Of a stretch of 64,000 nt of DNA, positions 37,798 through 47,652 are shown in pieces. The notes under the pieces were generated by a model that ran no database searches, was not told the origin of the DNA, and was given only the letters and a program-made list of their open reading frames with translations. Source of the DNA: Armatimonadota bacterium (GTDB taxonomy: Bacteria > Armatimonadota > Fimbriimonadia > Fimbriimonadales > Fimbriimonadaceae); assembly GCA_031400935.1 (NCBI GenBank), contig JANNQV010000015.1, positions 124,001-188,000 on the forward strand, written 5' to 3'. A program made the translations under genes and the position numbers. The stretch's first letter is position 1, and every line of letters begins with the position of its first letter.

Positions 37798-38490
37798 TCA
37801 ATTTGAATCAGGAGTATCTTCTACTTTGGGTGGAACGGCACGAGACTTTATCGCTTTGACACGATGTCTATAGGCCTCAATCACAATTGGGATAAGTGTG
37901 AATCCAATCAGTAGGTAAATCACAGTTGAGAAGTTGTCTTGAACAATTGGAATGCTGCCAAATGCAAATCCTCCGCCGACACAAACGGTAACCCAGATGA
38001 ACGCTCCTAGAACGCTCCACTTAATGAACTTCTGGTAGCTCATTTCGCCCATCCCGGCGACGAAAGGAACAAAAGTTCGAACAATGGGAACGAATCGAGC
38101 AATGACGATCGCTTTATGCCCGTGCTGCTCCATAAATACGTGGGTTTTTTCCAAGTTTTCGTGCTTGAAAATCTTTGACTTCGGGCGATTGAAGAGCCTA
38201 TGCCCAAAGTATCTCCCCACAAAATAGTTCACATTGTCACCGCAAAACGCCGCGACAATGAAGGTGAGATAGACAAACCAAAAGTTTAGCCCTGCATCTT
38301 GTTTTGCGATTACTCCAGCGGTGAAGAGTAGTGAATCGCCGGGTAGAAACGGCATGAAAACCAGTCCGGTTTCACAAAAGACAATAAGGAAAAGGATGCC
38401 GTATGTCCACGGACCAAAATCTAGAATGACCCTTTTCAAGTGGTCATCGAGGTTGATAAAAAAGTCGAGCACGTTGCCCATAAATGCCAC
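37798..38490 (-). CDS. DedA (VTT domain) membrane protein
   Basis: FCETGL..PFLPGDSLLF, GDNVNY, ARFVPIVRTF. Confidence 0.93.
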   Translation of the reverse strand: MAFMGNVLDFFINLDDHLKRVILDFGPWTYGILFLIVFCETGLVFMPFLPGDSLLFTAGVIAKQDAGLNFWFVYLTFIVAAFCGDNVNYFVGRYFGHRLFNRPKSKIFKHENLEKTHVFMEQHGHKAIVIARFVPIVRTFVPFVAGMGEMSYQKFIKWSVLGAFIWVTVCVGGGFAFGSIPIVQDNFSTVIYLLIGFTLIPIVIEAYRHRVKAIKSRAVPPKVEDTPDSN

Positions 38491-38541
38491 GGAATTGTAG
38501 CTTGATTACGCCGTTCGACGCCGAGTCGTTGCTTATATTGC

Positions 38542-38829
38542 TTACAAAACAACTATTTCGCTCATTTCGATGTGGATTTCAAGTTCCGGATTAGATTCAA
38601 TGAACTCTAGCACTCTTGCCCGTACGTCGCTTGCAAGCGTTTCGTTAGGTCCTGCGATGGCAATTCCGATAACGGCATTTCCCCAAAGATCGTTGTCTCC
38701 AATCTCAGCAACACTTGCTCCAAAGCGATTACGGAGTTTTTCCATGATAGGGCGAATTCGATGGCGCTTGTCCTTCAATGAATTGCACCCAGCCAATCGC
38801 AAGTGAACTTCCATCGCAAGTGCAGTCAT
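38542..38829 (-). CDS. DUF503 family protein
   Basis: SLKDKR...LRNRFGASVAEIG.NDLW. Confidence 0.88.
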   Translation of the reverse strand: MTALAMEVHLRLAGCNSLKDKRHRIRPIMEKLRNRFGASVAEIGDNDLWGNAVIGIAIAGPNETLASDVRARVLEFIESNPELEIHIEMSEIVVL

Positions 38830-38876
38830 ATGACTTTGTGGTCCCAATTTACCGCTTTCCCGCGGTACATTCAACC

Positions 38877-39344
38877 GTGCCTGATCTCATTTTTCTCAAG
38901 GACTGGGCGATTACGATTGCCGGGCTTATTGCTGTTGTCACGTTTCTAACAGGCTTTTTGGAATACGCTCGCCGCGGGCGTCAAGAACGGGCACAAAACT
39001 TTGTTCAGATGCGTCGTCGGTTTTTGGAGACTCCGCAACATCGAGAGATTCTCGAACTTTTGCAAGCAAAAGACAAGGAAATCAGAAACATATCTATACA
39101 GGAAAAGCGCAACTTCGTTGGTTTCTTTGAAGAAGTTGCCTTAATGGTGAATTCAAAGCTGATCAAGAGGAGCGTGGCCCATTACATGTTTGGATACTAC
39201 GTTCTGCTGACCTCGGATTCAGAGGACTTTTGGGTTGGTCTCGATAGGGAAAGCGAATACTGGACTGTTTTTCGCCAATTTGCCGAGCAGATGACAGCTT
39301 GCCGCTCTAACCCGGAGACGTTTCAAAAAGAGTTAGCGTTCTAA
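38877..39344 (+). CDS. Hypothetical membrane-anchored protein (DUF4760-like)
   Basis: N-terminal TM, FVGFFEEVALMVNS; GTG 38877 preceded by TACATT. Confidence 0.6.
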   Translation: MPDLIFLKDWAITIAGLIAVVTFLTGFLEYARRGRQERAQNFVQMRRRFLETPQHREILELLQAKDKEIRNISIQEKRNFVGFFEEVALMVNSKLIKRSVAHYMFGYYVLLTSDSEDFWVGLDRESEYWTVFRQFAEQMTACRSNPETFQKELAF

Positions 39345-41035
39345 CTGCTTTCCGATCTTTGGTTCTTCACCGTTGCAATGATAACTTTGGCCCTTTCTAT
39401 TGCCGCTTTCAATGTGTCGCAGATGTTCTCATCGCCCAGATGCTTGTGAAACTGATACTGGTTGAACAGCCTTCGTGGCTGTTCTCGCATTCCGCACAAG
39501 ACCATGTCACGCCCTGAAGCATGCAATTTATCTGCAAGCGATTCGAGTGCGTGCAGTCCAGTTGCGTCAATAGCTGTCATATTTCGTAGGCGCAGGAGAA
39601 CGATTTGCGGAAGCGAGTCAAACTCATCATCAATAATGGACAACTTGTCGGTTGAGCCAAAGAGAAACGGCCCATGAATTCGGTAGGCGACCACGCTATC
39701 AGGCAACGGGTTGCTCTGCAGACTGTGATCGCGCCCGCTTTCAATGTATTCGGGCGTGACTTTTGCCACTGTAGTTGTAGCCGTCACCTTTTGAATGTAA
39801 AGCAATGCGGCGAGAGCCATCCCAACTTCTACGGCCACAGAAAGGTCAGCAAAAACCGTAAGCGCAAAAGTGATGGCCCAAACGGCCTTGTCCGCTTTAC
39901 CCATTCGCAGAATGCCCGGGATTTCTTTCCATTCACCCATGTTGTAGGCAACGATCATGAGGATTGCAGCTAATACGCAAAGTGGAATGTGTTTAGCCAG
40001 AGGAGCGGCAAACAGGAGCACCAAAAGCAACGTTGCAGCGTGGACGATGCCTGCAACTGGCGTTTTGCCCCCAGCTCGTATGTTGGTCGCAGTTCTTGCA
40101 ATCGCTCCTGTAGCTGGAAGCCCTCCAACGAGAGGCGATGCAATGTTGGCGATGCCTTGTGCAAAAAGCTCGACATTTGGATTGTGCTTATCTCCCGTCA
40201 TGTTGTCGGCGACAACCGCTGACAAAAGTGATTCAATAGCACCCAGCATTGCCACGGTGATGGTCGGGGATAGAAGGGGAACGATCAGTTCAGGACGAAA
40301 AGTAGGAATATGAAATCCTGGAAATCCAGCTGGTATTCCGCCGAATCGTGTCTCAATTGTCTCGACGGGAAGACCCGCCATCCATGCGACGCCCGTACCA
40401 ACAACAAGAGCAACGATCGCCCCAGGAATTCGCTTTCCAAATTGCAAAAAGAGGATGAGCATCGCGAGAATAGCAATGCTTAAGCTCGTTGCTTCCAGAG
40501 AATAGGATTGCCATCCCTTCAGCAACACGTCCATCCGTAACAGGAATTCGCTAGGGACCTTCGCGATTCCAAGGCCGAAGAAATCTTTAATCTGGGTGCT
40601 CGCAATTAAGACCGCAATTCCGTTCGTGAAGCCAATAACAACAGGTCGTGGAATGTATTTGACTGCGGTCCCAAGGCCTGTTACACCAAGGAGCATGAGC
40701 ACTACGCCAGCCATCATAGTGCACATCAATAAGCCGTCAAGGCCGTAATTCTGGATTATTCCAGCGACAACAACAACAAATGCACCTGTCGGTCCGCCAA
40801 TTTGAGTCGTGGAGCCTCCCAATGCGGAGATTAGAAAGCCGGCAACGATTGCACCATAGATTCCGGCTCCGGGAAGTACGCCGGACGAAATGGCGAAGGC
40901 CATGGCCAGGGGAAGGGCAACTAGCCCAACTGTTATGCCAGCAATAAGATCGGAAACAAACTTCGAGGCGTTGTATTCTCGAAGCGAAAGAAAGAGTCTG
41001 GGGACAAAGGCGTCTGCAGACGCCGAAACCTTCAT
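39341..41035 (-). CDS. SulP family anion permease with STAS domain
   Basis: DLIAGITVGLVALPLAMAFAI, QIGGPTGAF, ATGAIART, GPFLFG, IDATG. Confidence 0.95.
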   Translation of the reverse strand: MKVSASADAFVPRLFLSLREYNASKFVSDLIAGITVGLVALPLAMAFAISSGVLPGAGIYGAIVAGFLISALGGSTTQIGGPTGAFVVVVAGIIQNYGLDGLLMCTMMAGVVLMLLGVTGLGTAVKYIPRPVVIGFTNGIAVLIASTQIKDFFGLGIAKVPSEFLLRMDVLLKGWQSYSLEATSLSIAILAMLILFLQFGKRIPGAIVALVVGTGVAWMAGLPVETIETRFGGIPAGFPGFHIPTFRPELIVPLLSPTITVAMLGAIESLLSAVVADNMTGDKHNPNVELFAQGIANIASPLVGGLPATGAIARTATNIRAGGKTPVAGIVHAATLLLVLLFAAPLAKHIPLCVLAAILMIVAYNMGEWKEIPGILRMGKADKAVWAITFALTVFADLSVAVEVGMALAALLYIQKVTATTTVAKVTPEYIESGRDHSLQSNPLPDSVVAYRIHGPFLFGSTDKLSIIDDEFDSLPQIVLLRLRNMTAIDATGLHALESLADKLHASGRDMVLCGMREQPRRLFNQYQFHKHLGDENICDTLKAAIERAKVIIATVKNQRSESS

Positions 41036-41160
41036 GAGTTTCTATTTTGGCTGAAAACTGGAAATTTGTACGGTATGGCACAGATCGGTTCGGTTAAAAG
41101 TCGTGTGGCCGGACGTATCATGGCGAATACAAACAAAACTCGCATCGGTACAATCCCCAA

Positions 41161-42081
41161 ATGCAGGTGCACTTTGGAGCCGAACTATTGCATCCCGAAT
41201 GGGTTGAGTCGGTCGTATGCATTGGCACTTTTGATGGCGTACACCTCGGGCATCAACAAGTGATTGCAACAGCACGAGACATCGCAAAAAGTAAAGAGAT
41301 GCCGTTGGTCTTGGTCACATTTGACAGGCATCCCGCAACAGTTCTTGCGCCTGAAAGGACTCCACAGCCAATTTCTTCCATTGCTGGAAACCTCAGGATG
41401 TTCAAATCCCTTGGCGTGGCGGTTGCTGTAATCTTGCCCTTTACGCTAGAACTCAGCCAAACATCTGCAGACGATTTCTTAAATGGCTTACTCGAGGGCA
41501 CACTTGCAGCTACTCATATTGTTGTTGGGCACGATTTCGCGTTTGGTTTTCAACGAAAAGGAACTCCGGAATGGCTAACAGAACGAATTGAGACAACGGT
41601 TGTGCCTGCCTATGGACTGGAAGGAAAGAGGATAAGCAGCTCTCAGATTCGGTCCGCGATTTCCTCGGGCGATTTTCCCGTTGCAATGAATCTGCTCGGT
41701 AGGCCATGGGGAATGCCAGGAATTGTGGTTTCTGGAAAGAAACTGGGCCGAACTTTGGGCTTTCCAACCATCAATATTGCCAGAGCATTTGATCAGATCA
41801 TGCCGCCTGACGGAATTTATGCCGGAATTGCAGAAACTGATCTGGGGAGTTTTGTCGCAGCTATAAGTATCGGAACTCGACCTTCAATTGGAACCACTCC
41901 AAGAACCATAGAAGCCTTTCTCCTTGACTTCCCTGGCGACCAGCTCTATGGGACTTCTGTCCTACTCCGGTTCCATCGCCGGATTCGAGATGAACGCAAG
42001 TTTGATTCTTTGGAGTCCCTAAAAGAGCAGATGAAGGCCGACGTAGCCCAAATTCGCGAGGTGATGAAAAATGAACTCTAA
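41161..42081 (+). CDS. ribF: Bifunctional riboflavin kinase/FAD synthetase
   Basis: GTFDGVHLGHQ, ISSSQIR, GRTLGFPTIN, GTRP, IEAFL. Confidence 0.95.
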   Translation: MQVHFGAELLHPEWVESVVCIGTFDGVHLGHQQVIATARDIAKSKEMPLVLVTFDRHPATVLAPERTPQPISSIAGNLRMFKSLGVAVAVILPFTLELSQTSADDFLNGLLEGTLAATHIVVGHDFAFGFQRKGTPEWLTERIETTVVPAYGLEGKRISSSQIRSAISSGDFPVAMNLLGRPWGMPGIVVSGKKLGRTLGFPTINIARAFDQIMPPDGIYAGIAETDLGSFVAAISIGTRPSIGTTPRTIEAFLLDFPGDQLYGTSVLLRFHRRIRDERKFDSLESLKEQMKADVAQIREVMKNEL

Positions 42082-42556
42082 AGCAAAACTAGGTGTTTCC
42101 CTGATCGCGATTGGTTTGGGCGCAACAGTACTCGTAGGTTATCTTGGTACCAGAAAGTCGGATCAAGAGCTCATTCAGGAAGCACTAAATGCTGCCATAG
42201 CAGCGGGAAAAGAGGGCCGGCCCGGAAGCGTGCTTGAACACCTGAGCGCTTCCTTTGAGATCAATGGGCAATCTATCATGAATCGTGATCAGGTGGCGAG
42301 ATTCATTCATGACAACAAGCCGAATGTTGAAATCACCACAAAAGTAGCGCAAGTTGACGGCGATTCTGCCTTTATCTTAACGCCTGTCAGACTCTCAATG
42401 TCAGGTCCGATCAATTTAAGCTCAACGATTCCAGACGTGCGGATCGAGTTTCAGAAGGAGCACACGACGAAGTTTCTGCTGATTCCTGATCGACAATGGA
42501 GATTGACCAAAGTAAGCGTTCCGGCGGAATCGTGGGCGCAAATGATGGGGTTTTGA
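42071..42556 (+). CDS. Hypothetical membrane-anchored protein (NTF2-like)
   Basis: N-terminal TM, QWRLTKV C-terminal strand; overlaps ribF stop. Confidence 0.6.
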   Translation: MNSKAKLGVSLIAIGLGATVLVGYLGTRKSDQELIQEALNAAIAAGKEGRPGSVLEHLSASFEINGQSIMNRDQVARFIHDNKPNVEITTKVAQVDGDSAFILTPVRLSMSGPINLSSTIPDVRIEFQKEHTTKFLLIPDRQWRLTKVSVPAESWAQMMGF

Positions 42557-42573
42557 GGGGCGGTTTGGTCGAA

Positions 42574-42674
42574 GGGTTTGGGGCTTAGGGTATGTAATTG
42601 GAAACTTGCAAGGCGTTCCATACGCCATACCCGCCACATACCCTACACCCCATGCCCTATACCCCGTACCCTAC
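42574..42674. repeat. Degenerate heptamer repeats (TACCCCA-like) between convergent genes
   Basis: gggtttggggcttagggtatg ... cataccctacaccccatgccctataccccgtaccctac. Confidence 0.6.
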
Positions 42675-43547
42675 ACTTTCCTCCACAATTGCCAAAATTT
42701 TGAGTGCACCTGATTCAGATTCCGAAACTAGCGGCAACCGAACATCGCTTCGTTCCAGCAATCCTAGCGAAGCCATACATGCCTTGTTCATTGCAGGCTG
42801 AGTCGAGTTACGAAGGGCTTGAATAGCGGGGAGCGCCAATTTGAATTTCTCTTCTGCAGAGTCGCGGTTTCCCTCAAACCAATCTCGGACAATGGCCGAC
42901 AGAAACCGGGCGATGACGTTTGCAGCCCCGCTAATTGTTCCCGACCATCCAGCTTTCAAGGCTGGAAGAAGAAGCGTTTCGTCGCCGACAAACAAGACCT
43001 GATTTGAACTTTGAATAGCTTGGCGAAACTCGACTAAGTTCGGCTCATGCCCCGAACTGTCTTTGCAACCTGCAAAATTCACATGCTGAGAAAGCGGCTC
43101 CAACATTTCGCCTCGGAATGTTATTCCTGAAGCCTTCGGAAAGTTGTACGCAATAATTGGAACAGGGCTCTTTTCCAGAACTTCCAAATACCATTCGACA
43201 ATGGCTTGCTCTGTAGCGGATTTGAAATAGTATGGAGGCATCAACAGGACGGCTGCTGCACCAAATTCTCCGGCCCTTTTGCAAAGCCATATCGCTTCAT
43301 CCAGGCTCGGAGTGGCAACTCCTAGAATCAAATCCAGCGAGCCTTTAACTGGCTGAGCCATTTGAATCAAATCGCGTTTTTCAACTGCGCTTAGAGAGGG
43401 GCCCTCGCCGTTGGTTCCCGCCAAAACGACCCCTTGGCATCCGCTTGCTTCAAAGAAAGAGAGTAATCTTGCAACACCATTCCGGTCAATACGTCCTTTT
43501 TCTGTAAATGGGGTTGCTGATGCCGGATAGACGCCAGGTTGAATCAT
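42657..43547 (-). CDS. Dihydrodipicolinate synthase (DapA) family protein
   Basis: TPF, GTNGEG, PPYY, YNFP, GCKDSSG; start MIQPGVYP. Confidence 0.88.
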   Translation of the reverse strand: MIQPGVYPASATPFTEKGRIDRNGVARLLSFFEASGCQGVVLAGTNGEGPSLSAVEKRDLIQMAQPVKGSLDLILGVATPSLDEAIWLCKRAGEFGAAAVLLMPPYYFKSATEQAIVEWYLEVLEKSPVPIIAYNFPKASGITFRGEMLEPLSQHVNFAGCKDSSGHEPNLVEFRQAIQSSNQVLFVGDETLLLPALKAGWSGTISGAANVIARFLSAIVRDWFEGNRDSAEEKFKLALPAIQALRNSTQPAMNKACMASLGLLERSDVRLPLVSESESGALKILAIVEESVGYGV

Positions 43548-43587
43548 GTTCCGATTGTGCCAGGTTTTGTTGAAATGAGAACGAAAT

Positions 43588-44904
43588 ATGGAGGGTGATC
43601 TTTGGATTCGGCTATTCATTAGCTGTTTGCTTGTTGTCGGAAACGCGTTCTTTGTAGCTGCCGAATACTCCCTTGTAAGTGCCAGAAAGAGCAGACTGGA
43701 GTCGTTGGCGAGACGCGGAAACCGAAACGCGAAGAAGGTGATTGAAGCGCTTGACAGCCTTTCTGTCTACGTAGCTGCTATTCAAGTGGGAATCACGGTT
43801 TTCAGTATTGGCGCGGGTGCCCTTACCGAACCCCTTGTTACAGGCCTGCTCGAAAATGCATTGGGAACTACTGTTCCAAGGCAAGTGAGTATTGTGCTTT
43901 CTTTGGTTCTTGTGACCTATGTAATGGTTGTTATCGGTGAACTCGTGCCGAAATACATCACGTTGAATCGGCCAGAGCGGATGGCGATGTTTGTTGTCAC
44001 ACCGATGCGGCTATTTGCTTTGCTGTTAAAGCCGCTCGTGAAGCTAATCGAGATATCAGGCTCCATATTGGTTCGGCCGCTCGGCATTCGAATAGATGCT
44101 TCCTCCAGCGCAGCGATCCCTAGAGAAGAACTGCTGCTCTTGGTGAAAGCAGGCTCCAGCGAAGGAATGATGGACAAGGTACACGCGGACATCATTTCCC
44201 GCGCAATGCAAATCGACCGTCTGATGGCGCGAGACATCATGGTTCATCGGCTAGATATCAAGTGGCTTCGGGCAGATTTGAACAAAGAGGAAGCTCTAAA
44301 GCAACTCGCGAAAATCGCGCATACACGCATCCTCATTTGCCGAGAAGACATAGACGATGTGGCTGGAATTGTATACATCAACGACATCGTGAAACGCCTG
44401 CAGGAGCCAAAACTGGACCTCGTGGCTATCGCACGACCTGCAATTAGCGTCCCAGAGAACTTAACCCTTGACCGTGTCGTGACGATGATGCGAGAAGAAA
44501 AATCTCAAATCTTGCTAGTTGTAGATGAATATGGCGGAACCAGTGGAATTATCACACTGGAAGATGTGGTCGAAGAAATATTTGGCGAACTTGAGGATTC
44601 GCTCGAAAGCGAACGTGAGCCAATCGAAATCAATGTGAGTGGGCGAGTTTCCGCAAAAGCCGACGTGCGCTACGACGAACTTTTGACCAGGCTCGGAATC
44701 GAATGGGACGACGAACCGAACACCAATACATTGGCAAATATCATGATCGAGGAACTTGGCAGAATGCCAAAGCTCGGCGACAAAGTGACAAATTCGCTTG
44801 GAATCATGCGAATTGAGAACATGGCGAGACGAAGGGTCACGCGTATCTCAGTTCAGCTCAATCAAGAAATCATGATAAAGCTGACTCAGAATCAGGTCGA
44901 ATAA
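43588..44904 (+). CDS. Hemolysin-family (CNNM/CBS/CorC) protein
   Basis: NAFFVAAEYSLV, GELVPK, VVDEYGGTSGIITLEDVVEEIFGE. Confidence 0.92.
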   Translation: MEGDLWIRLFISCLLVVGNAFFVAAEYSLVSARKSRLESLARRGNRNAKKVIEALDSLSVYVAAIQVGITVFSIGAGALTEPLVTGLLENALGTTVPRQVSIVLSLVLVTYVMVVIGELVPKYITLNRPERMAMFVVTPMRLFALLLKPLVKLIEISGSILVRPLGIRIDASSSAAIPREELLLLVKAGSSEGMMDKVHADIISRAMQIDRLMARDIMVHRLDIKWLRADLNKEEALKQLAKIAHTRILICREDIDDVAGIVYINDIVKRLQEPKLDLVAIARPAISVPENLTLDRVVTMMREEKSQILLVVDEYGGTSGIITLEDVVEEIFGELEDSLESEREPIEINVSGRVSAKADVRYDELLTRLGIEWDDEPNTNTLANIMIEELGRMPKLGDKVTNSLGIMRIENMARRRVTRISVQLNQEIMIKLTQNQVE

Positions 44905-45544
44905 TGGAGCCGCTCATGTGCACTCGCAGCCTCTTTGCGATCTCGACTGCATGATCGGCGATGTGCTCAAGCGCATGAAATGAAGCGATGACTCGAATGA
45001 AGTCCCGCGTTCTTTCAGGATGTGCTTGAACCATTTCAGTAACTTTTGTTCGGGCATTTTTGTACCTGAGATCAATCTCCTGGTCGGCATCAATGATTGT
45101 TTCCGCGAGTTCGTCTGAGTATTCTACGCAGAGTTTGAGTGCGCGGGCGAAGCAAAGCCGGGTTAGTTCTCCTAGCTCCGACAGCTCAACTTTGAGTTCG
45201 ATGGGGAACTGCCCTGAAAGCTTGACAAGTCGCCGCGAGAGCTTGACCGCGTCGTCTGCGGCTTGCTCGATTTCTGTTACAACCCCGAACGTTGCTGTCA
45301 GCCATCGCAAGTCGCTGGCAACCGGTGCTTGCCGCATCAGAATTCTTATAACGAGATTGACGGTTTCATTTTCGAGCTGATCAACAACATCGTCTTGCTC
45401 GATCACTTGTTTCGCTAGCTCAATATCGGATGTGACAATGGCTGTGCACGCTTTTCGAATCATCTCCTCGACGCATTGCCCCATTTGTACGATGTGCTGT
45501 TGAATTTCGGCAAGCTGGTCATCAAAGGTTGAACGATTTGACAT
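44870..45544 (-). CDS. phoU: Phosphate signaling complex protein PhoU
   Basis: DDVVDQLE, QAPVASDLR, LEHIADHAVEIA. Confidence 0.9.
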   Translation of the reverse strand: MSNRSTFDDQLAEIQQHIVQMGQCVEEMIRKACTAIVTSDIELAKQVIEQDDVVDQLENETVNLVIRILMRQAPVASDLRWLTATFGVVTEIEQAADDAVKLSRRLVKLSGQFPIELKVELSELGELTRLCFARALKLCVEYSDELAETIIDADQEIDLRYKNARTKVTEMVQAHPERTRDFIRVIASFHALEHIADHAVEIAKRLRVHMSGSIIRPDSESALS

Positions 45545-45642
45545 GATTTTTCGAAAAGTTGGACGTGAAGTTCCTAATAGTATTGCACCAATTGCATGCT
45601 TTGTCCCATTCGATGAGTCGTATGGTTCACAATGCAAGTTGG

Positions 45643-46302
45643 ATGAATCGCCTCAATTCAATTATTCTCTACAACTTTACGCACCTCATTAGATTAAGTA
45701 TTGGGGCTTGCTTTGCTTTGATATGCGGTTCAGCAATGGCGGATAGGTTGATTTTCATTCCTGTTGGAAAGAAGGTCCCTTTCAAAGCCGTCAAGCTCAA
45801 CTATATGTGGGATTCAGAGAACAGCGATCTAAATAGAAGCACTTTGACGGCTGGAATTGGAGTCAGTTTCGAGTTCGCGGCAACTACAAATTCTAACTTC
45901 CTAGGCGATGACGATTCGATCTTTGACGTTTCGTACAGCATTTCCGACCCTCTGGTTGATTACGCACCCGGAATTACAGTTGGCATGAGGGATATCTCCA
46001 ACAGTTCATCAGATGGCAGGTACGTATTCTTTGCCCTTACATTTCGGCAGGGACAATCAGGCGTTTGGAATGGCGAGTATCCCGCCGAGGGCACATTCGG
46101 ATTGAAGTACGGCGCAAATGGGCCGCAGCTGATGATGGGAGGCTACGTGCCATTGGCTTCGTTCTTGGCCGTCGTCGCAGAAATTGATCACGATCGCGTC
46201 ATTGGGGGTTTGCAATTGAACCTGGTGCCTGATCTGGAGCTTCGGTTGCTTCAGCGCCCTGGATTGAAGATATATTCGGCATCGTATCAGGTGCGATTCT
46301 AA
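45643..46302 (+). CDS. Secreted putative outer-membrane beta-barrel protein (YjbH-like)
   Basis: Signal peptide ending SAMA, RLIFIPVG, PGITVGMRDI, C-terminal YQVRF. Confidence 0.55.
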   Translation: MNRLNSIILYNFTHLIRLSIGACFALICGSAMADRLIFIPVGKKVPFKAVKLNYMWDSENSDLNRSTLTAGIGVSFEFAATTNSNFLGDDDSIFDVSYSISDPLVDYAPGITVGMRDISNSSSDGRYVFFALTFRQGQSGVWNGEYPAEGTFGLKYGANGPQLMMGGYVPLASFLAVVAEIDHDRVIGGLQLNLVPDLELRLLQRPGLKIYSASYQVRF

Positions 46303-46915
46303 GTTCATAACCTTCTTCATTGCAAAGGCTGGCAATTCTCTTCGCTAGTTCTTGTCCAAATGCTTCTTTGGACTGCGTGAAGTCTTCAGGTCGCATCGGT
46401 TCGCCAAAGCGAACAGTAACTCGGTTCCAAAGGGCCAGTTTTCGGCCTTTGCCCCATTTCCTATGGTTGCCAATGATTGCCGTCGGAAGAACCTGCGCCC
46501 CTGACTTTCGAGCGAGCATCTCGACGCCGCGGTTCAGGGCGAGCATCGTGCTGCCGTCGTTTCGGGTTCCCTCGGGAAAAACCAACAGAGCATGCCCTTC
46601 GCTAAGCAGCTTTGTGGCAGTCCGAATGGCCTCAATGTCGCTGGAACCTCGCCGCACCGGAAAAGCGCCGACGCTTCGGATCATCGCACCAAACAACTTG
46701 TTCTTAAACAGGCCGTCTTTAGCCATAAAAGTCACCATGCGCGGTAAAGCGCATGCAACTGCGGGCGGATCTAGATAGCTCCCATGATTGGGGGCAACAA
46801 TCAATGCGCCGGTTTTTGGAACAAGGTGCTTGTTCACAATTCGAAATCCACCCGTTAGAACAAAAAACAAGTTTCGCACCAACGATCGAATTAACCAATG
46901 CCAGGCGGATTTCAT
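46199..46915 (-). CDS. plsC: 1-acyl-sn-glycerol-3-phosphate acyltransferase
   Basis: NHGSYLDP, FMAK, FPEGTR; start MKSAWHW. Confidence 0.9.
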   Translation of the reverse strand: MKSAWHWLIRSLVRNLFFVLTGGFRIVNKHLVPKTGALIVAPNHGSYLDPPAVACALPRMVTFMAKDGLFKNKLFGAMIRSVGAFPVRRGSSDIEAIRTATKLLSEGHALLVFPEGTRNDGSTMLALNRGVEMLARKSGAQVLPTAIIGNHRKWGKGRKLALWNRVTVRFGEPMRPEDFTQSKEAFGQELAKRIASLCNEEGYELRIAPDTMPNISSIQGAEATEAPDQAPGSIANPQ

Positions 46916-47064
46916 TCGGACGTGAAGTATATCTGGGTAACGGGACGGGCGGATGAGTTGTAAGGATTGGATGGAGGGTGGGATGATGGGTACAGGGTAC
47001 AGGGTATAGGGTAATCGCCGATCACAAACCGACAACCGAAAACACTTACAGTTTAGAATAAGCT

Positions 47065-47475
47065 ATGGTCGGATATTCAGGAACTCCGCTAGCCAAAAAG
47101 CTGGGAATAAAAGAGGGATGCCGCGTTTTGTTGCTGCATGGACCAGGTGACTTACGTTCGTGGCTAGATCCTCTCCCACTTAATGTCAAATTCTTGAACG
47201 ATTTAGATGAACGTGCTGATGTGATTATTGCGTTTTTCGATTCAGCAGACCTCTTGGCGCCCTCGATAGATACGTTGATTCAGTCTTTGGCCGTTGACGG
47301 TGGCCTGTGGATCGCTTGGCCGAAAAAGGCTTCAAAAGTGCCGACAGACATAACTGAGGATTTGCTTCGGGTTCTGTTTCTAGACGTAACGCCGATGGTT
47401 GACAATAAGGTGTGTGCGATAAGTGATATTTGGTCGGGGCTGAGGTTTGTGCGCAGGAAGCATTTGAGGGGATAG
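47065..47475 (+). CDS. DUF3052-like protein
   Basis: GYSGTPLAKKLGIK, WIAWPKK, VDNKVCAI..WSGLRFV. Confidence 0.85.
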   Translation: MVGYSGTPLAKKLGIKEGCRVLLLHGPGDLRSWLDPLPLNVKFLNDLDERADVIIAFFDSADLLAPSIDTLIQSLAVDGGLWIAWPKKASKVPTDITEDLLRVLFLDVTPMVDNKVCAISDIWSGLRFVRRKHLRG

Positions 47476-47652
47476 CTCATTGGGTCATGCAGGTTCTAGG
47501 GTCCTAAGGTTTTGTACTTAGGATGCTCATGTCCCATGAGTCACCTCTGTCCCTAATGTCAACTTTCCCTAACAAACTCCGCCAACATCCAACAAGCAAC
47601 AACCAAAAACCAAAAACAGGAATCCTCCTACCCGCGTCGAATCCACTAAACA

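Noticed and set aside
46199..46302. 104-nt convergent 3' overlap between plsC and the barrel gene
   Set aside because: The plsC tail looks like an unconserved extension past a lost stop; nothing supports a function
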